Source: Eledone cirrhosa
Lineage: Eukaryota
DNA: 64,000 bases
Direction: 5' to 3'
Assembly (NCBI GenBank): GCA_964016885.1
Contig: OZ024744.1
Location: forward strand, 78,492,001 to 78,556,000
Shown here piece after piece: positions 26,137 through 38,935 of this stretch; the stretch's first letter is position 1; every line of letters begins with the position of its first letter. The translations under genes were made by a program, and so were the position numbers. The notes beneath the pieces are model-generated. The model was not told the DNA's origin. It saw nothing but the letters and a program-made list of their open reading frames with translations, and ran no database searches.

Positions 26137-26431
26137 TGACCTTCCAGTTCCATACTCTGATAAAAACATAACTTTTACCTCTTCAACTGAACAAAGCCGA
26201 ATTGTGATTGAAAGACAGGACCGTGTAACAGGTCCAGGATTAAGCCAATCGGCAACAGCTAAAAGTGAGCTTGACCAATCACCTTCAGCGCCAACATCTT
26301 CTGTGGCAGGGAGTGGTACACTGCAAGCTAGAGGTAATTCTCCAGCACCTGAGACTGAAACTCCAACTGCTCCATCTAGTGGTAACAATGCAAATAGTCC
26401 AGCTGCTACAAATGGTACTCAATCAACACAG
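26137..26431 (+). CDS. HIRA: HIRA exon, S/T/P/A-rich linker
   Basis: ttgcag acceptor, CAG|gtaatt donor, 295 nt open, phase 2 to 0. Confidence 0.9.
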
Positions 26432-27900
26432 GTAATTATTAATTTTGTTTATATATTTGTTTATTAAATTATTTTGTTTTGCTATTTTTAGTCAATCTAT
26501 ATATGAATTTGAGCAACTTCTGTCCGTCCGTCTGTCATACAATGTGTGTGTGTGTTTGTGAGAATGTTTGTGTGTGTAAAAAGAAGGAAGGGGATGGTGG
26601 AAAAACTATAGCAAAACAGCGGCTGGCGTTCCGTTTGCTATGTTGTGTGTGTGTTTGTGTGAATGTATGTCTGTGAGTGTGTATTTTTGTAAGTGTGTCT
26701 GTGTTTCCACGTTTATATTTATATACGCATACATATAAATGTATGCACACACATGTACACATACGTGTCAGTGTGTTGAAAAAAATTCTAATGATTTTAA
26801 AATGGATTCTTCCATGTTAAGTCTTGTTCTTAATGTTGAGAATGACAAAGCTTTCAGTAACTACTTTGAACTATTTCCTCATGTCTGACTCTACCTAAAT
26901 GCATGGCACTTTTCAAACATACGCAATTTGAAAATATTTGACTTTTCTTCTAAGGTTAACAAATTACCTCCAAAATACGTGTCATACACAGTGAAGGCAC
27001 ATGGCTTTGTGGTTAGTGTATTTGGCTCACAAATGTAAGGTCGTGAGTTTGATTCCTGGCGGCGTGTCCTTGAGCAAGACGCTTTATTACACGTTGCTCC
27101 AGTCTACTCAGCTGGCAAAAATGAGTTGTACCTGTAAGTATAAGGACCAGCCTTGTCATATTCTATGTCATCCTGAATCTCCCTGAGAACTACGCAAAGG
27201 GTATGAGTGTCTGTGGAATGTTCAGCCACTTGCAAGTTAAATTCACGAGCAGGCTGTTCCATGGATCGGATCATCTGGAATACTCATCCTTGTAATCGAC
27301 AGAGGATTTCACTTTATAATCACATGGTATGTCTCATAGGAAGGCTACAGGAAAACATCTTTGTATTCTCTCAGAACCATTCGATGACAAGCACATAACA
27401 CTTACCATGGAAGTCACCAACCAATTTACAACTTGTATTCTGTAGATCACCAACACTAGGGAGGTTGTCATGTCCTCGACACAACTGAAGGGTCCTCCTA
27501 ACCCTTTGTTTGGCAGGTTTTCTATGGTTAGATGCCCTTCCTATCACCAATTATTCTACAGCATGTACAGGGTGCTTTTATTGTGTAGATCACCAGCACT
27601 AAGGGGGTTAACATGTTCTTCACACAACTGAAGGGTCCTCCCAACCCTTTGTTTGGTAGGCTTTCTATCACCAACCACTTTACAGCATCTACTGGGTACG
27701 TTTCTCATGTATATATATATATATAGATATATATATATATATATATATAATCTGCAGTGTTAAGACTTGGGAGACCACAAATTGGGGTAGTACTCTATGC
27801 ATGTGAAGATGCAGATAAAAAACATGATTATCATATAATATGAACATTCATTATTTGTTTATGTTGCTCAATAAAGAAAACTGTATATTTTCCATTTCAG

Positions 27901-27995
27901 CCTATCACAGCATTAGGGACCAACAAAATTGCCATGAAGTTTAAAGATAAATTTAATGAAAAAATCACTGCCAAAGCTAAAGCTGTTATGGAAAG
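27901..27995 (+). CDS. HIRA: HIRA exon (PITALGTNKIAMKFKDKFNEKITAKAKAVME)
   Basis: ttttccatttcag acceptor, AAG|gtaagg donor, phase 0 to 2. Confidence 0.87.
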
Positions 27996-28176
27996 GTAAG
28001 GAGATGAATATTTGTTTGTATTAAAATTGTTACATAGCAGCACTCTTAGTTTCCATAGCATGTGTTTTACATATACATTTTTTTGATGAGTTAGCAAATG
28101 ACAGTTAGTTACCATAATTCTACTGAAATACAAAGTCTGTGTTTCAATTTATTTCTAAAATAATTAGCTCTTTTGT

Positions 28177-28735
28177 AAAGTGGTCATGTAGGTGTCACTC
28201 ACTGTAAGCTAGTCGTGTGGGTGTCACGACAAAAAGCACCCAGTCTACACTGTAAAGTGATCGTGTAGGTGTCACAACAAAAGCACCCAGCCCACACTGT
28301 AAAGTCATGTAAGTGTCATGACAAAAAGTGCTCAGCCTACACTGTAAAGTGGTCATGTAGATATCACAACAAAAGGCATCCAGCCCACTCTGTAAAGTCG
28401 TTGTGTAGGGGACATGACAAAAGGAGTTCAGCCTACACTGTAAAGTGGTCATGTAGATATCACAACAAAAGGCATCCAGCCCACTCTGTAAAGTCGTTGT
28501 GTAGGGGACATGACAAAAGGAGTTCAGCCTACACTGTAAAGTGGTCATGTAGATATCACAACAAAAGGCATCCAGCCCACTCTGTAAAGTCGTTGTGTAG
28601 GTGACATGACAAAAGGAGTTCAGTCTACACTGTAAAGTGGTCATGTAGGTGTCACAACAAAAAGCACCCGGTCTACACTGTAAAGTAGTTGTGTAGGTGT
28701 CAACAAAAAGCACCCAGCACACCCTGTAAATGTGA
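28177..28735 (-). repeat. 48-bp minisatellite inside an RTE-tail SINE, with 96-bp higher-order dimer
   Basis: About 12 units of ACACCTACATGACCACTTTACAGTGTAGGCTGGGTGCTTTTTGTCGTG type; ATATCACAAC recurs at 28361, 28457, 28553. Confidence 0.93.
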
Positions 28736-30473
28736 TTGGCATTAGGCATTAAGAAGGGCATCCAGCCATAGAAACCAAGCCAAAATCAGTTTTGTGTGAG
28801 CAAAACACAGTCTTCAACCTGATCTCTCAAAAAGGGATAGCGTGTATTTGGTAACAAAAGGGTTTAAAATTTGGAGGAATTTAGTATAATATAGCTCAAC
28901 TTTTTTTTAATTACTAAACTGATGTTTAGAATATAACTTAATGGGTTCTGACAAAAAAATTAAGGTGAAAGGTTCTAATTTTAATATGATCACTTTAAAA
29001 CAGATGGTTTTATATAATAGAATTGTGGGTGTGTGTGTGTTGGGGGGGCGGGTCATATTGAACAGTAAAGTTGGTGTTTGTAAATTATCTTAACGAAAGA
29101 TTCTTACATAAAACTATGATGGAATCTTATAATTTAACCCTTTAGCATTTAAACCGACTGTATCCGGCCAGAATTTTCTCACCTCTTTCAGTTCAAACTG
29201 GCTGTAATTGGCCACTCATACTGATGTTAAGGTATTGTTTTCAAAATAAATAATATCAAAATCTCATTGATTCAATATTATGTGAGGTAAATCCTTTACT
29301 GTGAAAATATAAAAGTAAATATAGAGTAATGTAAATGCTAAAGGGTTAATATTTTAAAACAAGATATGTTTGTATAATACAATCAGTGTTGGTGGCCAGA
29401 AGTGGTAACAAAAATTTGCAAATTTTTCTTTGGTATTCCTCGAGCACTTCATGTCTTTTGGGTTTTTTTTGCTTCATGAAGGAAAGCAATTATGTAATTC
29501 TCTCACAAAAAAAGACTCCTGGTTGATATATATAGGTAAAATATGGAAATAGATCTATAAAATTCTTAGTTACACCAACAGAAGATTTCAACTTAGCACT
29601 ACTTCAAAACAGTGAAACACTTATCAATATTAGTATTGCCATTATACCACATTGTTGTTCCTACATACAACTTGGTATACTGTTCAGTTAAGTGTGATGG
29701 TCATAGTGAACTATACCACACTGTGGTACCTACTTACAGCTAGGTAGACTGTTGGAAGCTAAGTGTCTTGGTTATAGACACAGTATAGTTAAGTGACCTG
29801 GTCATAGCTAGAGTATAGTGAACTATACCACACTGGTACCTACTTACAGCTAGGTACCATACTATAGTACTGAGATCTAGAATGTCTGGGTCATTGTGAG
29901 TTATCTATGTTGTTCATTGATGGCTGAGCTTTTACACACACATTAGCAGCTATGTTTTCTTTCTATTACCCAATTTCATTTACTTTTACCATAACCATAG
30001 CCATTTACTTTTACCATAACCATAGCCCTATCTGCACCTATATATAAGCCAATTTTCCATTTTCACATACATTATCATCATCAGCATTGTCATTATGCAA
30101 ACTTTTATATTCATATAAGCTCTTATTTTTTATACATACTGTGTGTCAATTGGTAGACCATCAGACACCATGGCCCTTTATGTTCTGAGTTCAAATCCTC
30201 ACGGGGTCAATAAAATAAAGTACCAGTAATGCACTGGCATAATTGCTGGCCTTGTGCCAAAAGTAGAAGCAATTATATATATTTTCAATTCTGCCACTGC
30301 TCACTCTTCCCTGTCTTTTTATTTTTTATTTCTCATTCTATCTACTGATGATGGACTAGGGTCCTCTTTTTCTATTATATCAAGCGTAAAACTAATATAT
30401 TTCTTCATTGTACTGTAATTTGCTTTGTTATTTCTGTTTACTTTTTGCATATATATATATGTGTATCTATGTA

Positions 30474-30514
<41 letters not shown>

Positions 30515-30606
30515 GCATGTATTTGTATATAATATGTAATTTGCTTTGTTATTTCTGTTTACTTTTTGCATATATATATATATATATATGTGTATGTATG
30601 TGTGTG

Positions 30607-30637
<31 letters not shown>

Positions 30638-30686
30638 GCATGTATTTGTATATAATATGTGCACAAATATATATTTATAATTTTAG

Positions 30687-30725
30687 AGAAATGGTAGAGA
30701 AGAAAAAGTTATATTCTGGAGACAG
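30687..30725 (+). CDS. HIRA: HIRA 39-nt symmetric mini-exon (REMVEKKKLYSGD)
   Basis: ttttag acceptor, CAG|gtaaat donor, phase 2 to 2, open in frame between flanking exons. Confidence 0.65.
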
Positions 30726-31521
30726 GTAAATTTCAAAATCTATTTGTTTGCTCAGAATACATATATTTAGTACAGCAATTTATGACACAAACAGTACTTG
30801 TTGCTAGTTGTTTCAGTTAACATATAAAATTTAATGAAACTAAATAGTGTTAGATATGTTGATGATGGTGATAAGGATGATCATCATCTTCCATATTTAA
30901 CATCTGCTTTTCCATGCTGCCATGGGTTGGACATGTTAGATACATTGACGTATGTATGTAGAGTAAAGTGTTTTGTCTAAGATTTAACTCTCAACGTGCT
31001 GTACCACATGAAACAACATTTGCAATACATTCTTGGAAAGTAAAGTATAAAACAACGCTATGAATGAATCACATTAAGTATTAATGTCTTTAGTTTCCTG
31101 CAAATTTTCATAATCTGTCCACTAGTAGAGATACTGTAAACATTTGAATTATCAACATCATTTTTCAATATTTTCTGCTAAATTATTGCAGGAGTTAAGC
31201 TGGTGTCGTCAGATACGAAATCAAAATAATAGTTTTCTTAAAGATATTTTCATATCTTTAACCCTTTAGCATTTAAACTGACCATATCCGGCCAGAATTT
31301 TTTCACCTGTTTCTGTTCAAACTGGCTGTAACTAGCCACTCATACTGATGTTAATGTGTTCTCAAAATAAATATCAAAATACCACAAAAATACAAGTAAA
31401 TATAGTAATGTAAATGCTAAAGGGATAATATCATTATCAATCTTTTTTTTGATTTTACATTTCAATGATTATTATTCTGTAGTATGTTTTTATTAAATAT
31501 TTGCTTTGCTTCTTCTTGCAG

Positions 31522-31672
31522 GTTATCATCATCATCGTCATCTATAGAAGAGAAGAAAAACAGATTAAAATCCACAATTCCAGTGAAACGAAAATTTGAA
31601 GGAACTGGTCGTGTTGGGAGACCCCGTAAATACCCATTATTAAACTCAGCTTCGTCACAATCACCAAACTCT
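31522..31672 (+). CDS. HIRA: HIRA exon with basic NLS/AT-hook-like VKRK...GRPRK motif
   Basis: cttcttgcag acceptor, TCT|gtaaga donor; VKRK and GRPRK motifs as in vertebrate HIRA; phase 2 to 0. Confidence 0.92.
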
Positions 31673-33175
31673 GTAAGATTAATTGATTTCTCTTCATGTC
31701 TTTGTTCAATATTTGTATTTTTCATTACTAATACTCATTTTTATATAGCATCACTTAGTGACTTGTTAAACTCTGCCATACAGTATACATTGTTGTTATA
31801 TAATTAAGCTCTAGATCAATGCTCTTTCAAACTGTGTCCCTCACCTTCCATTTGCTTTCTTGTTCTTAGTTTGTGACGCATCATTAAGCTTTTTCATGTA
31901 AATCTCAAGTATTCACTTCCAGTAAAGATCCTCTTCCTCGGAAGGACGTTGACTGAGAGTCTTCTTAAAGAATTTAGCATCCATATCAATGAAGATTGGA
32001 ATAAATTGAGCATGACTAATTCACAGTAGTAAGAAGTTATAAGGCTTTATTCCAATCTTCATTAACAATACAACATTATGGCCACTTGCAATTTATGTTG
32101 CAGGTTCACACGTAACTTATGTGTAACCTGCACCAACCAATGTGGTGACATCTGATTGATTGATTCAAATGAATTTCATAACAGTGGATTGGCAATATCG
32201 GTAGAGGGTCGGACGCCATGCTTTCCAGCATAGTTACGTCCCTTTACGATCTGAGTTCAAATCCCGCCGAGGTTGACTTTGCCTTTCATCCTTACGGGGT
32301 CGATAAAATAAAGTACCAGTAATGCACTGGGTAATTGCTGGCCTTGTGCCTAAAGTAGAAACAATTATGATATATAATATGCATACATTGTCCTATATGG
32401 CTATGAGACAAAGTACATTTTTATCATGCCATAGTATTTGAATCGAGAGGGATCATATGTAATGCTATATTACTCTTGTTTTTTTTTTCTGGTTAATGGA
32501 GGGGATAGCAATTGTTTTTACTGCTGAGTGAATTATGGGTAAAATCTAGCAAACAAGATCAGTAATATTTGAACTTATGAAGACAGGATCAATAATCTTT
32601 CATCTTATCTACAAGGACAGTATATATTTTTTTCTATAGAGGAAGAATCAACCCCAGTACCGGACTGGTACTTTTTTTTTATTGACCATGGCAGGTTTGA
32701 ACTCAGAGTATGCAATGAGGTGGGACAAATACTGTAAAGCATTCTATCTGACGCCTTAACGACTCTGCCAATTCACTGCCTAGTAACCTGGTTCAAATAC
32801 TTGCAACAGCATATACTTCGCTAAAGGCAACATATTGATAGTGAGACTCTGACAGGCTTCCACACGGTTTCAGTCTACCAAATTTCACTTACAAGGTTTT
32901 GGTCTACTAAAGATCATAGAAGAATAACACTTGCTGAAGTGGAGTACAATGATGAGATTGAATATAAAATGTATTAGTTGCGAAACAACTTCTTCACCAC
33001 ACAGCCATACCTGTAGTGGCTGCAATGGAAATAGACATGGTGGGTTCTATCTAGAAGTTTCTTCAAGGAAAATACTGTTTGTAAATTATTAACAATATCT
33101 AATATCTCCCCGGAAGTCGTCTTTCAAAGACATGATAATGATTTTCATGTTTTTCTTTTCCTTTCTATTTTGCAG

Positions 33176-33268
33176 CCTGCTGGAAAAGAAGAGTTAGGAC
33201 ACCGCCTTTCAACTGATAGTGATCTTCATTTACCTTCAATAACTATTCAAAAGTCATTTAGTAAACAG
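33176..33268 (+). CDS. HIRA: HIRA exon (PAGKEELGHRLSTDSDLHLPSITIQKSFSKQ)
   Basis: Strong pyrimidine tract + tgcag, CAG|gtaact donor; resembles HIRA LKLPIPSPQRAFTLQ; phase 0 to 0. Confidence 0.92.
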
Positions 33269-33486
33269 GTAACTTTTCTGTTTATATCTGATAAAATTGA
33301 TCCTACAGTATGCAAATTTTTGTTATTATATTTGGTGTGTATGTTGTATGTTGTTGTTTTGTATCCCTATGTCATCACTGATAGATGTTATTTGACATAT
33401 AGATAGTCAGCCAAACATCCTAAGTATTGTGACCCTCATCACATATGTTTCAGAGTTGTACAAATGACTTGATATGCATTATCTAT

Positions 33487-33822
33487 AACTTGGCTTAGTG
33501 GTTAGTGCCGGGCTTACAATCATGAGTTGTGAGTTCGATTCTCAGGCCAGGGTTTGTGTTGTGTTCTTGAGCAAGACACTTTATTTCACATTGCTCTAGT
33601 TTACTCAGCTATAGAAATGAGTTGCGACGTCACTGGTGCCAAGCTGTATCTGTCATTACCTTTCCCTTGGACAACATTGGTGGCGTGGAGAAGAGAGACT
33701 GGTATGTATGGGTGACTACTGGTCGCCCACAAACAACCTTACCTGAATTTGTGCCTTGGAGGGGAACTTTCTAGGTGCAAATCCCATGGTCATTTTTTAC
33801 CGAAGGGGATCTTTACCTTTTA
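33487..33822 (+). mobile_element. CORE-SINE with a different 3' half (related copies ~26995-27310, ~35008-35270)
   Basis: Same tRNA head and CORE block, diverges after GAAATGAG. Confidence 0.8.
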
Positions 33823-34687
33823 TAACCTGGTCATTGCAGGTGATTTTACAGAGCACTGGGGGAATTTGAAATTTGAAAGTATGGGTATCTCAAATGCAGA
33901 CCATGAAAAAGCCAAATTTCAAGTCAGTTGCAGTGTAACTGTGTCAGTGACCAGGTTACAGACAATCACCAATATCATCATTGTTTAAACCGGCCATATC
34001 TGGCCAGAATTCTCTCACCTCTTTATATTCAAACCAGCTGCTCATGAAAATATGATAGTGTATATAGAGTAATGTAAATGCTAAAGGGTTAATGTCTGTT
34101 TTGAATGGCCAGTACTCAAGCGGTGCCTGTGATCTCCAGATGGGCTAGGGAGTCCGCTGTATAATCAGACACTCTACCATTTGCATTTTATAGTGGCACC
34201 AACATTAGGGAAGGTGTCATGTTTTTGGCATAGCTCAAGACTCTTCTTGACTTTTTCTTTGGCAAATTTTCTACTACTGGATGTCTGACAACTGAAGAGT
34301 TTTCTTGACCCTTTGTTTGTCAGGTTTTCTGTGGCTAGATGTTCTTCCTATTATTAACTACTTTACTAAAGTGTACTTTCCATACTTGTATGTCTGGTTT
34401 GGACAGGAGAAGTCCATCAGTGTTGTGGAATGAAGTGGTTGGGAAGTATGTGTATATATGTATATATTTACACACACACACACAAACACAGTCACTTTTA
34501 TATGTTGAATGTTAGAAAAAGCACATCTTATATTGTAGAATATATATTCTTTATTATATAATGTAGAGTTCAACCCATGCAGTCAAGTAAAGCCACCATA
34601 AAATGATTTGTTTGTGCCTGAATGTATCTCTCGTGTTATGTGTGGTATATATTATGTCTAACATTAGTTGCCTTCTCTCTCCCACAG

Positions 34688-34848
34688 ATTGGAGGACGCC
34701 TTTCAGATCACAATACCACAGTCATTGAAGTCGACAACAGCGTACATTTTGGTCTCACTACTGTACACCGTCTACGGTTACAACGAGGTGGTACATCATG
34801 CTGGGAACAGCTACTTGCCTCCCGTGCAGTCTGTGTTGCTGGTTCCAG
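34688..34848 (+). CDS. HIRA: HIRA exon, start of C-terminal domain (IEVDN...WEQLLASRAVCVAGS)
   Basis: cccacag acceptor, CAG|gtgaga donor; aligns by eye with HIRA IEVENE...WETVLTSRILTAAGS. Confidence 0.95.
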
Positions 34849-34936
34849 GTGAGAATGTTTACCTTTTTCCAATACTTATTTATACATAAAGGAAACCATT
34901 CTCTATTGAATTTCCTCGTAATATTTTTTACAATCA

Positions 34937-35002
<66 letters not shown>

Positions 35003-35470
35003 CACGTGAAGACGCATGGCTTAGTGGTTAAAGCATTGAGCTTGCAATCGGGAGGTTGTGAGTTCATTTCTCAGACTGAGCTTTGCATTCTGTTCTTCAG
35101 CAAAACACTTTATTTTACATTGCTCCAGTTTACTCAGCTGTAAAAATAAGTTGTGATGTCAATGGTGCCAAACTGTATTGGCCTTTGCCAGTGGTATGGA
35201 GAAGGGAGACTGGTATGCATAGGCAACTGCTGGTCTTCCACAAACGACCTTGCCCGGACTTCCACAAGATGGAAGTAGAACCCCATTAATCTAGCAGATC
35301 TATGATAAAAAATCTTCTAATGGTGACCTTCCTGTTTGTTGGGGCACACCCTCATCAGATTTAAGATACTGACATAACCATATCCAATATGACCTTCCTG
35401 TTTGTTGGGGTATCCTAAATTCCACATAAATCCATTGTGTCTCTCATGTAATATATTCATTTCTTTCCAG

Positions 35471-35632
35471 TCAGGTAGCATGTGTTGCATGTGAAGATTG
35501 TTCCATTACATTTTTTTCTACTGGTGGACGGAAAATGTTTCCTAGCCTTATTCTAAATGCCCGAGTCTCTGTTCTGGATTGCAACGGTCCGTATGTTATG
35601 GCAATCACCCAGAAAGGTCGTTTGTATGTATG
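35471..35632 (+). CDS. HIRA: HIRA exon (VACVACEDCSITFFSTGGRKMFPSLIL...YVMAITQKGRLYVW)
   Basis: ttctttccag acceptor, TG|gtaagt donor; matches HIRA CVACE...FSTCGRR...GSYVMALT...SVW. Confidence 0.96.
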
Positions 35633-35764
35633 GTAAGTACTGCATTTATTTCTTTTGCTATTTTACACCCATTTATATGTTTTTATGTGCTAGCAAAGAG
35701 AAGTCTATGTGTGTTTGTTTATATATATATATATATGTGAACTGGGCCTGGCTCAGGCGTAATG

Positions 35765-35803
<39 letters not shown>

Positions 35804-36324
35804 TATGTGTGTTAAATAAACTGGTGTGTGCTCTGAATTTACATCCGGCCGTGGTCAACTTTGCCTTTCATCCTTTCAAGGTTGATAAAAAAAGTACCAG
35901 TCCAGTACTGGGGTCGATTTTTCCTCTATAGAGGGTTGGGCTCCGCTATGTTTAAAAGTGCCCTAGACACACCGTTTGACGGTGCCTCTACTACTTTACA
36001 AGGAGTTATAGGATCTTTATCTTATCCTTATCCTAACTAGTGTTGACATCTGTTACCATCTTTGAGTGTCACTGTTATATTCTATTTATCATATTACGGT
36101 AATATATTTTATACAGTAGAATAACGTTGCAAATATGTTTTAGATATATACATAAATATAAATAACATAACAAATACAAAATCATGAACAAAAATGATAA
36201 AGGAAAGAAAGAAGAGGGGGGGGGGCGCAATTCACCACCAAGTGTGACAATTGGCAACACCTCACACCTTGGGGAGTTAATTATACACTTTCAGGCAAGT
36301 GTGTGTGTATATTTCCAATATCAT

Positions 36325-37375
36325 ATCATATCATCATCATTTTACGTCCGCTCTTCCCTGCTTGCAAGGGTAGGACGGGTCCTATTCAGCACAGCTTCTC
36401 TCCACTTGTCACGGTCCTTCATCATCTCCTCTGTGAGCTACAACGACTTCTACTGTCAAATTTCCCTGTACATCTACTGCATACATATTTCTCCCTACCT
36501 GTTAGTTTGCCTGCTATCCCGCTACACCTCTTGTGTACCCAAGATCTGCATTGTGTACATTTTATAGAGTTTATGCCAGCCCCTTTTCTACATATCGAAC
36601 ATGGCCATTTCCCTGACGGAATCAGAGTTTTGTCCTCTTTTCTACTTATCAACACTTTAGTCTAGCTAGGTTCATTCCCAGTCCTCTTAATTCCAACTGC
36701 TGTTTCCATAGCCAGAATTTATTTTCTAGCTCCTATACTGATTCTGATATAAGATCGTCAGCATAGAGAAGTTCCCATGAGCAGCCAATCTTAAACTCCT
36801 CTGTTATGGCTTGGAGGACTATAATGAACAAGAGCAGGCTGAGGACTGAACCCTGATGTACTCTTACTTGTATCTGGAATTCCTCACTAAACTCCATTCC
36901 TACCCTCACTTTACTGACAGCACCTCTGTACATAGCTTACACTGTCCTAACAAGCCATTCCTCTAAACCTAGTTTCCTTAGGGACCACCAGATGATAGAT
37001 CTCGGGGTACCCTATCAAAGGCCTTCTCTAGGTCAACAAAGGCTAAGTATAGTGGCTTATTCTTGTCTAAGAACCTCTCTTGTAGTTATCTCACTAAGAA
37101 GAGGGCATCTGTTGAACTTTTCCCAGGCACAAAACCAAACTGCATCTCATCTAGTTTGACCCTTTCTCTAATTAGTTGCGCTAATATTCTTACTGCCACT
37201 TTCATAACTTGATCCATCAGTTTTATGCCTCTATAATTGCTCCTCTTCAGAGCATCCCCTTTACCTTTGTAGCAATTTATAAGAATACTGCAGCACTAGC
37301 CTTTGGGTATGACTCCACCATATATAGCTTGATTGAAGATGCATACAACCAGTTTAGCACCTACTTCTCCTGATG
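36325..37375 (-). mobile_element. RTE LINE fragment (RT core + PHD-like finger + 3' tail)
   Basis: Closely similar to 16615-17132; HQGSVLS, LLYADDL, SGKWPCSICRKG..CTQC..WVHKRC..C..C; (GAT)n tail. Confidence 0.9.
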
Positions 37376-38143
37376 CCTTTCTCCCTTGCAATGGCACACA
37401 TCGACTTGCTAGGTTCATTGTTGATGATATCCTGAATTTCAGCGACGAACTCGGGCGTTCTGAAGACATCAGATCGTTGATCATGTGTTTTCCTCTCTGA
37501 TGTTGTTTTGTAGTCGAATCCTGAATCTTCCAATTCCTTTCTGACCTTTTCCACCATTCTCCTGCTGACGCTGAGAAAGTCTGAAATTTCCTTATTTGTC
37601 CTCCCGGCGTGGATTCCAAGAAGAACTCCGTGTCTCTTCCACAAGAGGTTCAAAATTATTCATCATCATCATTTCATCATTTCATTTTACGTCCCCTTTT
37701 TCCCTGCTTGCAAGGGTGGGATGGGAACTGATTCTGGCTTGATTTCTACAGCTGGATGCCCTTCCTAACACCAACCTCATTTACAGTGTGTGCTGGGTGC
37801 TTTTTTGCTGTGGCACCTCCATGACCACTTTACAGTGTAATGATAGAGATCCCAGTCCCTATCATCTCATTTCTACAGCTGAGTAAACTGGAGCAATGTG
37901 AAATAAAGTGTCTTGCTCAAGGAAACAACACATCACCCGGTCTGAGAATTGAACTCACAACCTTTTGATTGCAAGGCCAATGCTCTAACCACTAAGCCAT
38001 GTGCCTCCATAATCAATTATTCTGAAAATAAATAATGGAAATATAGTCACTGTTTTTATGAAGACAAGAGTGACAACAGAAGTAAAAAAAATGTGCATAA
38101 AATTAGCAGTTGAAAATTGCGAACAAATATCGTCCACACCCTG
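37374..38143 (-). mobile_element. Second copy (5' part) of the maT transposon, split by a SINE
   Basis: Co-linear with 13520-13946; CAGGGTG end; SINE occupies 37661-38008. Confidence 0.88.
37661..38008 (-). mobile_element. Same SINE family, copy 2
   Basis: Reverse complement of 20406-20741 with few differences. Confidence 0.88.
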
Positions 38144-38432
38144 TGTATATATATATATATATACACATAACAAATATTTACTACTCCAACCATCTGTTAA
38201 CTCAGACAAACAACTAAAATAAATAAATTTTTGCCTCCATACGCACACTTTGTGAATGTGTACACACACCTGAACCTTTCAATATTTATGTTTTGTGAGA
38301 GATGGGATTTAAATTTATTTTATTTTTATGTCTTTTTAATTTCAGTTTATGTGATTCAGTATATTTATTTCTGAAAAAGAATCTTTGTTTTTATTTATTT
38401 AAATTGTATCTTGATTTTTTTTTTACCCCTAG

Positions 38433-38491
38433 GAATCTTGCACAAAAATGTTCTGTAATCAGTAATGAAAATCTTAACATTATCATGAATG
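38433..38491 (+). CDS. HIRA: HIRA 59-nt exon (NLAQKCSVISNENLNIIMN)
   Basis: ttttacccctag acceptor, G|gtaaga donor; phase 2 to 1, needed to keep the frame. Confidence 0.9.
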
Positions 38492-38620
38492 GTAAGAAAT
38501 GTTTTTTTAACCCTTTTGTTCTCATATTTCTAATAAAAGACACTGCATATGATTTTAGAATAATTTTGAAAATAATCAAAAATGTGGAAGGATTTATGAA
38601 TATAACAAACTTTCTCATTA

Positions 38621-38935
38621 TTAACCTCTTGACTGCCACATATTTTACACAGCTACAGTTGTTGTACCATTTTTTTTTTAGTAAAATTACTATTTTTTTA
38701 AAATAAACATTTATTAACAACACATATCTGAATGATTGACAAACATCACATCAATAAACTAGTAACCCCATCTAACTTTAAAGTTATGAACTGTTGGAAA
38801 CAAGTTCATAACTTTGAAGTTATGAACTGTTGGAAAAGAGTTCAAACATGTTAGGACGAGTTATCTTGTCCGTGGCACTGGAACACATACGTGTTAGGGT
38901 GAGTTATCTTGTCTACGGCACACCGAAGAGGTTAA
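38621..38935. mobile_element. TTAA-flanked MITE (CCTCTT...AAGAGG) nested in another TTAA-type repeat
   Basis: TTAA on both sides; host repeat (family also at ~19581-19870 and 23870-24090) resumes after it. Confidence 0.7.

Noticed and set aside
26062-26388. 108-aa antisense ORF over a HIRA exon
   Set aside because: Shadow frame of the GC-richer sense exon
28195-28761. 188-aa Cys-rich repetitive ORF, and CRISPR-like look of the array
   Set aside because: Product of a 48-bp tandem unit within a SINE; no unique spacers, no cas genes, eukaryotic context
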